64,000 nt of DNA, from the NCBI GenBank assembly GCA_030043855.1, contig JASHWW010000005.1:9088-73087 (forward strand). Reading direction: 5' to 3'. The number at the start of each line of letters is the position of its first letter. The first letter of the stretch is position 1. A program made the position numbers and the translations under genes. This DNA comes from Thermoplasmata archaeon. GTDB taxonomy: Archaea > Thermoplasmatota > Thermoplasmata > Lutacidiplasmatales > UBA184. The notes under the pieces were generated by a model, which was given only the letters and a program-made list of their open reading frames with translations, searched no databases and was not told the origin of the DNA. Positions 9,709-19,093 of this stretch are shown here, one piece after another.

Positions 9709-10849
9709 CGCCCGGTTCGTCGAGCCGACGCTGTCGTTGGTGGCGCGGCGTCAGTCGCTCCGTCCGCACCGAAACCGTGCGGACCGGCCGCCGCCCGTGG
9801 GCGCCGTCGGTCTCCCAGAGCTCGCGCGCGAGCCGGGTCGCTCCGTGCCGGAGCGCGGAGGCTCCTTCCTGCGCGCCCCCGAGCGCGCGGACGCGCTGGG
9901 TCCGGGTGAAGTCGGCCCATCGGAACGCCACTCCGACCGACCCGTACCGGAGATTCTCTCGGTCCAGGGCCGCGGCCAGGTCGGTCGCGAGCGCCTCGAC
10001 GGCGTCGCGGATCGGCTCCCACGCCTCGAGGTCGGTCTCGAACGTCCGCTCCGACGAGCGGGAGTGCGGCTCCCACGCCTCCACCGGCGCTTCGGACGGG
10101 TGCCCGCGCGCGAGCAGGATCAGGTCGCGGCCGAATTGGCCGAGCGACCGGGCGAACTCCGACGGGGCGCGCCCCGCGAGCTCTCCCATCGTCGTGACGC
10201 CCCGCGCGCGAAACGCCTCATCGGTCTTCGGGCCGACGCCCGGAACGGCACGGACCGGGAGGGGGGCGAGGAAGCCCGCGACGTCCTCGGGGGGAACGAC
10301 CACGATCCCTCCGGGCTTGGCGCGATCGCTCGCGATCTTGGCGACGACCCGGGTCGTGGCGACGCCGATCGACGCCGGGAGTCGCAACTCCTGGCGGAGC
10401 TCGGCCTGGACGCGCAGGGCGGCCTCCCGCGCTGCCCCGGCGCCCGATGCGTCCACCGCGACGGCCGCCTCGTCGATCCCGTACGGCACCACCCGCACCG
10501 CGTGCCGGGCCAGGATCGTCCGCACGTCCCCCGCGATCCGCTCGTATTTGGAGAAATCCGGCGGAATCCACAGCGCGTCGGGGCAGAGGCGCGCGGCGAT
10601 CGCGACGGGCATCGCCGAGTGGACCCCCGTCGCCCGGGCGGCGTAGCTCGCCGAGAGGACGACGCCCCGGGCTCGTCCCGACCCCGGCGGGGGACCGACG
10701 ATCACGCGCGCCTCCGCCAGTTCCGGTCGGTCCCGGATCTCGCAGGAGACGTAGTAGGCGTCCAGGTCGACGTACAGGAACCAGGTCGGCGGCGGCGCGA
10801 CGGTCGGCTCGAGGGTCGGTCCGGTCACCGAGGGCGCGGGGTCGCGCAT
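9686..10849 (-). CDS. dinB: Y-family DNA polymerase IV (DinB/Dpo4)
   Basis: YVDLDAYYVSCE, SASYAAR..GVHSAMP, GIDEA, AKIASDRAKPGG, PGVGPKT. Confidence 0.93.
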   Translation of the reverse strand: MRDPAPSVTGPTLEPTVAPPPTWFLYVDLDAYYVSCEIRDRPELAEARVIVGPPPGSGRARGVVLSASYAARATGVHSAMPVAIAARLCPDALWIPPDFSKYERIAGDVRTILARHAVRVVPYGIDEAAVAVDASGAGAAREAALRVQAELRQELRLPASIGVATTRVVAKIASDRAKPGGIVVVPPEDVAGFLAPLPVRAVPGVGPKTDEAFRARGVTTMGELAGRAPSEFARSLGQFGRDLILLARGHPSEAPVEAWEPHSRSSERTFETDLEAWEPIRDAVEALATDLAAALDRENLRYGSVGVAFRWADFTRTQRVRALGGAQEGASALRHGATRLARELWETDGAHGRRPVRTVSVRTERLTPRHQRQRRLDEPGDVAVGGG

Positions 10850-10875
10850 GGGAGACGCGGCGGGCGTGCGGCGGC

Positions 10876-11601
10876 TCAGCCGCTCCCGAAATCGACCGCC
10901 TTCGCGTCGACCGCGATCCCCTGGGGACCGATCGCGTACGGCTGGACCGTCCGGACGTGCGGGGTGCGGCGCATCTTGAGGACCCGGATCGAGAGTCCGA
11001 TGCGGTGGCCGTCCGGTCCGGTGTTGTAGCCGAGCACGAGCACGCCGTCGGCGATGTACTCGGAGAGGCCATCGCGGCTTACCTCCGGATGGAGCGGGTC
11101 GGCTTCGGCGGTGAGGACGGTCGTAGCCCCCGAGGAGCGGCACGCTGCCGCGAGCGCGAACAGCGTCGCACGGCGCCCCGGCTCGTCGTCGCTGAGCATG
11201 TTGAGCAGGCTGACCGAGTCGACGACGATCCGTTTCGCCCCGAGGGCGGAGAGCTCCTTCCCGAGCTCGCCCTGGATCCGGTGGAGGCTCTGGCGCGTCT
11301 CCTTGGGGTCGAGCCGCACCACCTGGAACGTTCCCTTCTCGACCGCCGCGTCGACCGGCCAGTGGAACTGGCGGGCGCTCTCGAGCAAGGGCGCCGTCTC
11401 CTCCTCGAGCGAGAGGAAGACCCCCTTCTCTCCGCGCTCCGCGCCCGAGAGCAGGAACTGGAGGCCGAAGCACGTCTTTCCGGTCCCGGGCAGTCCGGTC
11501 ACGAGCACGACATGCCCCGATGGGAATCCTCCGCCGAGCATCTCGTCCAGGCCCGCGACCCCGGTGGAGACCTTCGCGCGCGTCGGCTCAGATCCGCTCA
11601 T
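10876..11601 (-). CDS. KaiC/RAD55-like RecA-superfamily ATPase (single domain)
   Basis: STGVAGLDEMLGGG, Walker A GLPGTGKT, SLEE, VVDS, KMRRT. Confidence 0.9.
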   Translation of the reverse strand: MSGSEPTRAKVSTGVAGLDEMLGGGFPSGHVVLVTGLPGTGKTCFGLQFLLSGAERGEKGVFLSLEEETAPLLESARQFHWPVDAAVEKGTFQVVRLDPKETRQSLHRIQGELGKELSALGAKRIVVDSVSLLNMLSDDEPGRRATLFALAAACRSSGATTVLTAEADPLHPEVSRDGLSEYIADGVLVLGYNTGPDGHRIGLSIRVLKMRRTPHVRTVQPYAIGPQGIAVDAKAVDFGSG

Positions 11602-12502
11602 ACTGTGTGGTCACCAACCCGTTCGCGGCGTTCACCCGGATCACGAATCGGCCGTTGTACTCGCTCGAACTGTGCGCGAGGACCGGCATGAACTTCTCGA
11701 TCATCATCGAGCGCTGACGATGGGAGCGGGACGGGCTCGCCGTCCACCGGAAGTGGAGCACCCCGTCCACGGAGTCGATGATCGCCTGCTCGACCGACGG
11801 CGGCGCGACGCCCTCGGAGAGCACCAGGTAGACGATCCCGCCCCACTCCTTGGCCCGACGCCGCAGCCCCTTCAGCAAGGTCAGCATGTCGGTCGCCTCC
11901 ACCCCGCGCCGGACGACCAGGTCGGTCAGCGAGTCGACGATGACGACGTTGGAGGCGCCGAGTTCGTCGACCGTCTGCGCGAGCGCGGCCACCGGCCCTC
12001 CGTCGGGCGGTCGACTTCCCTCCGACGGGCTTCCCAGCAACGGTCGAACCGAAGCCCATGCGGCTGGGACGACGGTGTCCTGGAAATAGGAGGCGGAGAG
12101 GTCGCGAAACGTCAGGTGTCGGAGGAGGACCTTCGCGTAGAGCGGCTCGAACGACCCCTCGACCTCCCCGATCACCTGGTCCTTCGACCGGCTCGTGCTG
12201 ACGTAGACGACCGACTCGGGGTAGACGAACGGACCCTTTGCGCTCCCCAGGAAGAACTGGTGCAGCCGCGGGTCGTCGTAGTGCAGCATCAGGTGCACGG
12301 CGGAGGTGAGCGAGAACTCCTGGTGACCGGCACCCGCCTCCCCGAACAGGAGGATCACCGAGCCGACCGGTACGCCGCCCGTCAAGAAGTCGAAGTCCGG
12401 CACACCCGTCGGGATCCGGGCCGGCAGGCCGGCCAGGTCCGGGGGACGAGGCGCGGCCGGGTGGGACGGCATCACGAACGGGCGGGGTGCGTCCAACGCC
12501 AT
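11588..12502 (-). CDS. KaiC/RAD55-like protein with degenerate Walker A (alternative ATG at 12472)
   Basis: IPTGVPDFDFLTGG, GEAGAGHQEF (Lys absent), IVDSL, IEKF. Confidence 0.8.
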   Translation of the reverse strand: MALDAPRPFVMPSHPAAPRPPDLAGLPARIPTGVPDFDFLTGGVPVGSVILLFGEAGAGHQEFSLTSAVHLMLHYDDPRLHQFFLGSAKGPFVYPESVVYVSTSRSKDQVIGEVEGSFEPLYAKVLLRHLTFRDLSASYFQDTVVPAAWASVRPLLGSPSEGSRPPDGGPVAALAQTVDELGASNVVIVDSLTDLVVRRGVEATDMLTLLKGLRRRAKEWGGIVYLVLSEGVAPPSVEQAIIDSVDGVLHFRWTASPSRSHRQRSMMIEKFMPVLAHSSSEYNGRFVIRVNAANGLVTTQYERI

Positions 12503-12540
12503 CGGGGGAGGTACCGGGCGCGAGACGCGGACGCCCGGTA

Positions 12541-13875
12541 TTAGTAGGCTCGGCTCGACTCGTCCCCGCAGAGCGGCCCGCCGCCGCTCTTCAAGAATTC
12601 CCGCAGCAGGATCGTCGCGTACGCCCCCTTCGGGAGGGCGAACCGGAACCACACCCCGTCGCCGTCGGGCGCGAGACCGAGCGGTGGGCACGGGAGGAGG
12701 ATCGGTCGCCACGCCCCGGCGCTCGCGAGTTCGGGAGCGACGGGGATCCCAAATTGCGCCGGGGCGACGGAGTCCGCGTCGAGGAGCTGGCGCAGGTGGT
12801 CCCCGGGCCGTCCGGCGCCGGGGACGGTGCCCGTACCGACCAGGGGACCGGCCACCGCCGCCCGTCCCCGCGCGACGAGCTCCGTGCACTCGACGACGTT
12901 GTCGTCCGTCACCGGGACATCGTCGTGACTCCGATAGGTGCCGTCCCGTCCGAGCCGGAGGATCCGGTCGCCCGGCACGGGCCGGTCGAAGGGAAGTCCC
13001 TCGGCTCGCCGGAGGACCATCCATCGGTTGAACAGATGCGCCTGGTAGGCGTGGACGAACAGCAGGCGGAGGTCGCGCGGGAGCGCGTGAAAGGCCCGCG
13101 CGGGCGGGTCGCCTCGGGCGAGTCGTTCGAGGATCGCCCGTTCGAACCGGTACTCCGGCGGGAACTCGGCCAGCGCCCGTCGCGCATCGCGATGCTCCGC
13201 GAAGGCGGCCCGGGCCGCGTCTCCGGCGCCTGGGGAACCGAAGTCGGGGCGGCCGACCAGGTACGTCTCGACCGCACGGTCGAGATCCCCCTGGACGACC
13301 GCGCGCCCGACGACGTGCGTGATCGGTCGGACCTCCCCGAACCGCTGCGGACCGAAGAAGTTGGGAAATCCACCCTGGTCGCGGAGCGACGCCTCCGTGC
13401 GCCGATACGCCACGATCGCCCCGTCCGGCGGGAGGGCCGTCCGTCCGACCCGGATCTCGAACGAATTTCCGTAGTGGTGGCCGAGCACCAACCCTTCCCG
13501 GGTCCGGTACGCGTCCCGCACCTCGACCCGGGGAAGTCCGAGGTCTCCGCTCGGGAGCGGTCCCCGGTACGAGAGCAGTCGATCGGCGACCGCGCGCCGG
13601 TCCTTCGTCCCCGACCACTGGATCGACCGGGACGAGATCCCGACCCGCCGCGCGATCGCCGCCCCCAGCTCGTGCTGCTCCCAGCCGCGGCTCACGATTC
13701 GGAGGACGACCACCCCACCGGCCGGGTCCGGTCGGGGATAGGTCGAGATCTCCCGGACGAGGAACTCCTCCCACGTCGTCTTGACATCGCCGACGACGCC
13801 CGCGGTGGACGTGAAGTAAAACTCGAGGCCCAGCGCGCCCTCGCTCGCCGGGGGCACGAGCGGGCGCGCCTCCAC
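12541..13875 (-). CDS. truD: tRNA pseudouridine(13) synthase TruD
   Basis: EEFLVRE, GTKDRRAV, GHHYGNSF, FPNFFGPQRFG, FALPKGAYATILLRE. Confidence 0.95.
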   Translation of the reverse strand: MEARPLVPPASEGALGLEFYFTSTAGVVGDVKTTWEEFLVREISTYPRPDPAGGVVVLRIVSRGWEQHELGAAIARRVGISSRSIQWSGTKDRRAVADRLLSYRGPLPSGDLGLPRVEVRDAYRTREGLVLGHHYGNSFEIRVGRTALPPDGAIVAYRRTEASLRDQGGFPNFFGPQRFGEVRPITHVVGRAVVQGDLDRAVETYLVGRPDFGSPGAGDAARAAFAEHRDARRALAEFPPEYRFERAILERLARGDPPARAFHALPRDLRLLFVHAYQAHLFNRWMVLRRAEGLPFDRPVPGDRILRLGRDGTYRSHDDVPVTDDNVVECTELVARGRAAVAGPLVGTGTVPGAGRPGDHLRQLLDADSVAPAQFGIPVAPELASAGAWRPILLPCPPLGLAPDGDGVWFRFALPKGAYATILLREFLKSGGGPLCGDESSRAY

Positions 13876-13932
13876 GCGCTGTCAAGTGGGGCGGTCATTA
13901 TTACATCGCTCCCGGATACCGCCGAGGGCCCG

Positions 13933-14409
13933 ATGATCCAGGCGACGGCCCGGGTTCTCAAGAACGAGATCGAGATCCACGTCGGGGGCGAGCTGTGGAC
14001 CGCCCGACCCGTGGAGGCGACGCAGGAGGGCCTCGGGCGTCGCATCGCGGCGCTGTTCTCCACCGATTACCACGTACTGCGGCCGGCGCCTCCGGACGAG
14101 GTGTACGCCACGGTTTCGTACCGTGCGAAAGCGGACGAGATCCGGATCCAGGCCGGCGAGGATCACTGGCGCACGCAGTCCTCGGCCTTCGGCCCGATGC
14201 TCGTGGAGTACGGGGGGATCCGGTACACCATCAACGAACGCTTGACCGGACGATTCGCGATCCTGAACGGGACCCAGCCGGTCGCGCTGGGGCAGCTCGG
14301 GTTCCGCTCGTGCGCGATCCGGGACTACCCGCCGGAGCTCGAGATCTTCTTGGGGCTCCTGTCGCTCGGGTACGTGATCCGGACGCTCACCTGGGAGATG
14401 TTCGGCTGA
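13933..14409 (+). CDS. Hypothetical protein (158 aa, beta-rich)
   Basis: ATG at 13933 with AT-rich box ~28 nt upstream; coding-like composition. Confidence 0.65.
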   Translation: MIQATARVLKNEIEIHVGGELWTARPVEATQEGLGRRIAALFSTDYHVLRPAPPDEVYATVSYRAKADEIRIQAGEDHWRTQSSAFGPMLVEYGGIRYTINERLTGRFAILNGTQPVALGQLGFRSCAIRDYPPELEIFLGLLSLGYVIRTLTWEMFG

Positions 14410-14418
14410 GACCGACGC

Positions 14419-15831
14419 TCATCGGGCCGTGGGCGGCCCGCGAGGGGGGCGCGGCACCGTCGCGCGGGTGCCCCGATGCAGGAGGTGGCGGTGCGACGCC
14501 GTGTGCGGGAGCTGGAAGACGTGGTACGGGATCGGCAGGAGGAGCGCCCCGCCCGCCACCACGGTGAGCGCGGCGACGGAATACGCGAAGTGCACCCCGT
14601 AGGTCGCGTACATCCATCCCCCCAGGAGCGTGCCGAGCAGACCGCCGGCCCCGGCGACCGCGTTGTAGAGGCCGAGCGCCCGCCCCCGGGCCGAGCGGCC
14701 CACCAGGCGGACGAGGAAGAGGGTGCTCGCGGTGCTGATGAACGCCCAGGTGACGCCGAGGAGCGCGTTCAGGAGCGTGAGCCACAGGAGCAGCGCCGGA
14801 GAGCCGAGGCCGAGGAGCACGTAGACGGGCCCCCACAGGAACAGCACCATCAGGAGGACGCGGCCGGTGAGCGAACCGAGGAAGACGTTCTTGGGCGAGT
14901 GGTTGTCGACCGCCTTCCCTGAGTGGAAGAAGAGCGCGGTCGAGGCCGCCGCCGAGCCGAGGTAGACGACGAATACGCCCGCGTCCGTGAAGCGGGCGCT
15001 CTGCCAGAGGAAGACCGGGAACGGTCCGTAGAAGATGTCGAACCCGACGCTCATCACCCCGAGCGCAGCGAGGAAGAGGTACTCCTTGCCGGGCAGTTTG
15101 TCCTTCGACGGCCGGGTCAGGTCGAGGATCGACACCACGCGGAGGCGGAAGGTACGGATCCGCTCCACGACGCCGCGGTGCAGGTGGACCAGGTCGGAGA
15201 CCGACCGCCGCTCGACGCGCGTCGTCGGTTCCTCGATCCACGCCCAGGCGACGAGGGCCGAGACGAGAGCGAGCGCGCCCGAGACGAGCAGGAGCGCGGT
15301 CATCGCGCCGATCATCGGCTGGCTGCGGCCAATCACGAACAGCCAGACGAACCCGATCGCGAGACCGACCGTCGTCCCGAGGCCGGAGATTAGGCCGAAC
15401 AACCCGATGTCGGTCGGCCACCACCGCTTGTGCCGCGTCTCGAGCAGCAGCATCGTGCCGATCGGGGCGCTGGCGGCCGAGGCGAGTCCCTCGACCACGT
15501 TGAGCCAGAAGTAGGTGACCAGCGAGTGGGCGAGCGCGATCAGGATGATCGAGACGCCGGTGGCGAGGAACGAGCCGACGAGGAAGTACTTCCGGTGGGC
15601 GATCCGGTCCGAAAGGTTCCCCCAGAGGATCGTGAAGGGAACCTGGCTCATCGCGCTCGCCGCGATGATGATGGTGACCGCGAACGCGCTCGCGCCGAAG
15701 TGCTGCAGCGCGAGCAGGGGGATCAGCGGGGTCGCGATCCCGTCGGAGATCGCGAGCGGCAGATAGGCGAAGAACCAGAGGTCGCTGCTGGACGGCCGGA
15801 GCACCGTGGGGGTCTTGATGTCGATCGACAC
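14419..15831 (-). CDS. MFS transporter
   Basis: About 12 TM segments; WGNLSDRIAHRK motif A-like; RGRALGLYNAV. Confidence 0.88.
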   Translation of the reverse strand: MSIDIKTPTVLRPSSSDLWFFAYLPLAISDGIATPLIPLLALQHFGASAFAVTIIIAASAMSQVPFTILWGNLSDRIAHRKYFLVGSFLATGVSIILIALAHSLVTYFWLNVVEGLASAASAPIGTMLLLETRHKRWWPTDIGLFGLISGLGTTVGLAIGFVWLFVIGRSQPMIGAMTALLLVSGALALVSALVAWAWIEEPTTRVERRSVSDLVHLHRGVVERIRTFRLRVVSILDLTRPSKDKLPGKEYLFLAALGVMSVGFDIFYGPFPVFLWQSARFTDAGVFVVYLGSAAASTALFFHSGKAVDNHSPKNVFLGSLTGRVLLMVLFLWGPVYVLLGLGSPALLLWLTLLNALLGVTWAFISTASTLFLVRLVGRSARGRALGLYNAVAGAGGLLGTLLGGWMYATYGVHFAYSVAALTVVAGGALLLPIPYHVFQLPHTASHRHLLHRGTRATVPRPPRGPPTAR

Positions 15832-15932
15832 GGACCCCGACCCCGGTGTCTAGCTCGGAGCCGGGGGGCGGGGGATAAAGAATCGGTTCTTGGGGAAACG
15901 GAACGGCCCGGATCGGCGTCCGAACGACGCGG

Positions 15933-16511
15933 TTACGCCGCCGGGACCTTCAGCTCCGCCAGGAGCTCTCGATGCTCCGCGTCGGAGATCCACTCGACCT
16001 TGAGATAGTCCCGGAGGAACGTGTCGGGCACGTCCATCGCGCGCGCCTCCTCCACGACGAAGCGGTACGCTTCGACCTCCGTCCACCGCTTCACGTAGCT
16101 CACGCCCGGCTCCCACAGGTTCGCCCCGCCCTGGCGCTGGAGGACGTGGCAGAGCTCGTGGTAGATGTCCATGAACAGCATCAGCTCCGGGCTCTCGCGC
16201 AGGTGTCCCATTCCGACGACGATGCAGTCGGAGGCGGAGACGACCGGCTTCCAGCCGCGGCTGCGGGCGAACCGGGGCACCTCGTGCGGCGCGACGTACA
16301 TCCACATGTCCTGGTCGACGACCTGGACGCACGTCTCGTCGAACAGCTTGGTCCGTTGCTTCGCGTCGGTCACGAGCCGTCGCGCCGGCGGCAACCCGTC
16401 GAGGCCCGGGAAGACGGCGAGGAGGGGATGCCGCCCCGGAGGGATCTCCCGCTGGACCCGGAATCCCGGAGGCACCGGCAGGGGAGCCGTCCGCTTTGGA
16501 GCGCGAGGCAT
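15933..16511 (-). CDS. Hypothetical protein with HExxH...E zincin-like motif
   Basis: DIYHELCHVLQ ... WTEVEAY; ATG at 16511. Confidence 0.7.
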   Translation of the reverse strand: MPRAPKRTAPLPVPPGFRVQREIPPGRHPLLAVFPGLDGLPPARRLVTDAKQRTKLFDETCVQVVDQDMWMYVAPHEVPRFARSRGWKPVVSASDCIVVGMGHLRESPELMLFMDIYHELCHVLQRQGGANLWEPGVSYVKRWTEVEAYRFVVEEARAMDVPDTFLRDYLKVEWISDAEHRELLAELKVPAA

Positions 16512-16600
16512 CGGACCCCGCGAACCCCGACCCGAGATAAAGGGACCCGGTGGCGAAGGAGGCGCGAAGCGCTTTCTCGCTCGCGCCCCTCGGTCGAGAC

Positions 16601-17554
16601 GTGCCCGCACGGGCCCGAACGCTCACGTCGGTCCCGGGGCTCCGCGTGGGCCACGCCGAGACGGCCGACGGTAGCTCCGGCGTCACGGTGGTCCGGTTCG
16701 ATCAGCCCACGGCGACCGTCGTCGACGTCCGGGGTGGTGCCTCGGCCACGTACGACACCGCCTCGCTCGCCGTCGACGCGACCTTCGGCCGCCGGTGGGC
16801 GATCTTCTTCTCCGGGGGCAGCCTCTTCGGGCTGGACGCGGCCCGGGGGATCCGCACCCGCATCCTGGAGGAGGGGGGCGGACACCGGGCGTTCCGCAAC
16901 CCGACCCCGATCGCCCCCGTATCCGGCGCGGCCCTGTTCGACCTACCGGCCCGGCGGGGTCCGCTCCCGGAGTATCTCTCGCTCGGCTACGCCGCCGCGG
17001 AGGGGGCCAGCCGAGCGATCGTCCCCTTCGGACGACGCGGGGCGGGAGCCGGCGCCCTCGTCGGAAAGTATCTGGGCCGCGACCGGGCGATGCGCGGTGG
17101 GGTCGGCAGCGCGGCCGCCCGGGTCGGCGGTGGAACGGTCGGAGTTCTCGTGGCCGTCAACGCGGTGGGGGCGATCCGCGATCCGACCGACGGCCGCTGG
17201 GTCGCCGGCGCCCGGGGCCCTCGGGGTCGCGTCGTGCCGCCCGATCGACCGTTCCGTCGCCCCGAACGTACGACCGGCACGACGCTCACCCTGGTCGCGA
17301 CCGACCTGGCGCTCGACCGACCCGCCCTCGCCCGGGTCGCGGCGATCGGGCACGCCGGCGTCGGCCGGGCAGTGGTTCCCTACCAGAGTTCGACCGACGG
17401 GGACATCGTCTTCGCGGCTACCACCGACCGGACGACTCCTCGTACGGCGATGGACCGCCCGGGCGCGGCAGCGGACCTCGTAGGCACCTGTGCGGCCGAC
17501 CTCGCCGTGGCGGCGATCCTCGGGGCCGTCCGTTCGTCGAACCGACTCGGGTGA
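16601..17554 (+). CDS. P1/S58 (DmpA-like) peptidase family protein
   Basis: LTSVPGLRVGH, GVTVV, VDVRGG, GGSLFGL, GAGAGA, VNAVG, DGDIVFA. Confidence 0.85.
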   Translation: MPARARTLTSVPGLRVGHAETADGSSGVTVVRFDQPTATVVDVRGGASATYDTASLAVDATFGRRWAIFFSGGSLFGLDAARGIRTRILEEGGGHRAFRNPTPIAPVSGAALFDLPARRGPLPEYLSLGYAAAEGASRAIVPFGRRGAGAGALVGKYLGRDRAMRGGVGSAAARVGGGTVGVLVAVNAVGAIRDPTDGRWVAGARGPRGRVVPPDRPFRRPERTTGTTLTLVATDLALDRPALARVAAIGHAGVGRAVVPYQSSTDGDIVFAATTDRTTPRTAMDRPGAAADLVGTCAADLAVAAILGAVRSSNRLG

Positions 17555-17563
17555 TCCGCGGGA

Positions 17564-17998
17564 TCACTCGGTCCGCCCGAACCACCAGTCGGAGCGGGTC
17601 CCGGGCCAGTTCACGTCGATCACGTCGAATGGGTTGCCATCGGGGTCCGTCAGGGTGACGAAGTCGTGGCCGGGTTGGGGCGGTCGGACGACCTTCGCGC
17701 CGAGAGCGACCAGGCGCTCGACCTCGCGCAACGGATCGGTCGCATACAGGTCCAGGTGGAACCGGTAGTCGTTCAGCGGCAACTCGGACGTCCGGCTGAG
17801 ATTGAGGTTCGGACCGGCGCCCTTCGGGTCCTTCAGGATCACCCCGTCCGGCCCGGGCGGGTCCCGCGGGACGTAGTGCAGGGCCTCGGACCAGAAGGCG
17901 ATCATCTCCGCGACGTGCGTGCAGTCGACCACGATCGACCCGACCCAGATCCGGGCCGGAGGGTGCGCGGCGGGTGGGTCCGACGTCGGGGCGACCAT
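17564..17998 (-). CDS. VOC/glyoxalase family protein
   Basis: AFWSEAL, RFHLDL, EVERLVALGA, DPDGNPF. Confidence 0.88.
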   Translation of the reverse strand: MVAPTSDPPAAHPPARIWVGSIVVDCTHVAEMIAFWSEALHYVPRDPPGPDGVILKDPKGAGPNLNLSRTSELPLNDYRFHLDLYATDPLREVERLVALGAKVVRPPQPGHDFVTLTDPDGNPFDVIDVNWPGTRSDWWFGRTE

Positions 17999-18044
17999 GG
18001 GAGCGGCAGAGGTCGTCGGGGGATGACGGTGTGCCCCGAGGGGG

Positions 18045-18623
18045 TCAGGTCTCGGCCGGGCGGCGGAGCGCGGTCCCGCGTAGGCCCCGGATCAGGTCCG
18101 CCTTCGTGGCGATCCCGACGAGCGCCCCTTGCTCCGCTACGACCACGGCCGGATACCGGGCGAGCAGCTCCGTCAGCAGGTCCGCGGGGAACCCCGGGTC
18201 GACGATCGGGTACGCGGTCTCGAGGACGTCCCGCACCCGGCGCTTGCGCCCGGAGGCCTCCGCCAGCGCGCGCAGCAGCGCTCCTTCGGAGAGCGAACCG
18301 ACCAGACGACCGTCGTCGACCACGGGGAGCTGCGAAAAGCCGCCCCCCTCCATCCGCTGCGCCGCCACGGCGAGCGGCGCCGACGACTCGACCGAGACGA
18401 GGTTGCGGGTCATCAGCTCGCGCACGGTCAGACGGGGGGTCGCGAGTCCTTCGCGACCCTCCAGGTAGGTGACGATCCGCTGGACCAGGTCGTACGAGGG
18501 GCGGATCTGGCCCCGCTCGATCCGGGACAGGGTGGCGTCGCTGCGTCCGACCGCCCGCGCGAGCTCGCCGAGGGAGATGCCCAGGGCGATCCGACGGCGT
18601 CGGAGCTCCGTGAGGGTGTCCAC
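18045..18623 (-). CDS. XRE-type HTH + tandem CBS transcriptional regulator
   Basis: LRRRRIALGISLGELARAVGRSDATLSRIERG..PSY followed by a CBS pair (FSQLPVV, VGIATKADL). Confidence 0.9.
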   Translation of the reverse strand: MDTLTELRRRRIALGISLGELARAVGRSDATLSRIERGQIRPSYDLVQRIVTYLEGREGLATPRLTVRELMTRNLVSVESSAPLAVAAQRMEGGGFSQLPVVDDGRLVGSLSEGALLRALAEASGRKRRVRDVLETAYPIVDPGFPADLLTELLARYPAVVVAEQGALVGIATKADLIRGLRGTALRRPAET

Positions 18624-18722
18624 GGGTCGGAAGGTCCGCGCAAGATTATCTCGGTTTGCCGGCGGACCGCGCCGGCCCCGAAAGGTATAGGACGGCGGGT
18701 TGAGTACTGCTTCGCAACGCCG

Positions 18723-18983
18723 ATGGACGCCCCTCCCCGTCGGATCGAATGGATCTCGCCACCGCCGGAGATCTGCTCGCTCTGCAAAGAGCCGCTCGGC
18801 GACCCGGCCGAGACGAGCTCCTGGAACGGGAACCCCGCGCACCGCGACTGCGTTCGGATCCACCTCCTGCAGCGGGATCCGGCGTTCCACGAGTCGGGCG
18901 AGTCGGAGGAACCGACCGACGATTTCGGCGACTCGATCGACGGAGTGCTCTCGCGGGACGACGACGAAGCCGACCTCGAGTGA
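18723..18983 (+). CDS. Small putative Zn-binding protein with acidic tail (86 aa)
   Basis: CSLC-x18-HRDC plus D/E-rich C-terminus; ATG at 18723. Confidence 0.6.
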   Translation: MDAPPRRIEWISPPPEICSLCKEPLGDPAETSSWNGNPAHRDCVRIHLLQRDPAFHESGESEEPTDDFGDSIDGVLSRDDDEADLE

Positions 18984-19093
18984 CGCGCGGTTATCCGCCG
19001 TCCCCCCGCCCCGGTGTCGCGTCCGCGGCTTCGCAACGCATAAAAAGGCGGGGTTCGTGGACTCGACCGCCCTGAGGTGAGGTGGGGTACCCC

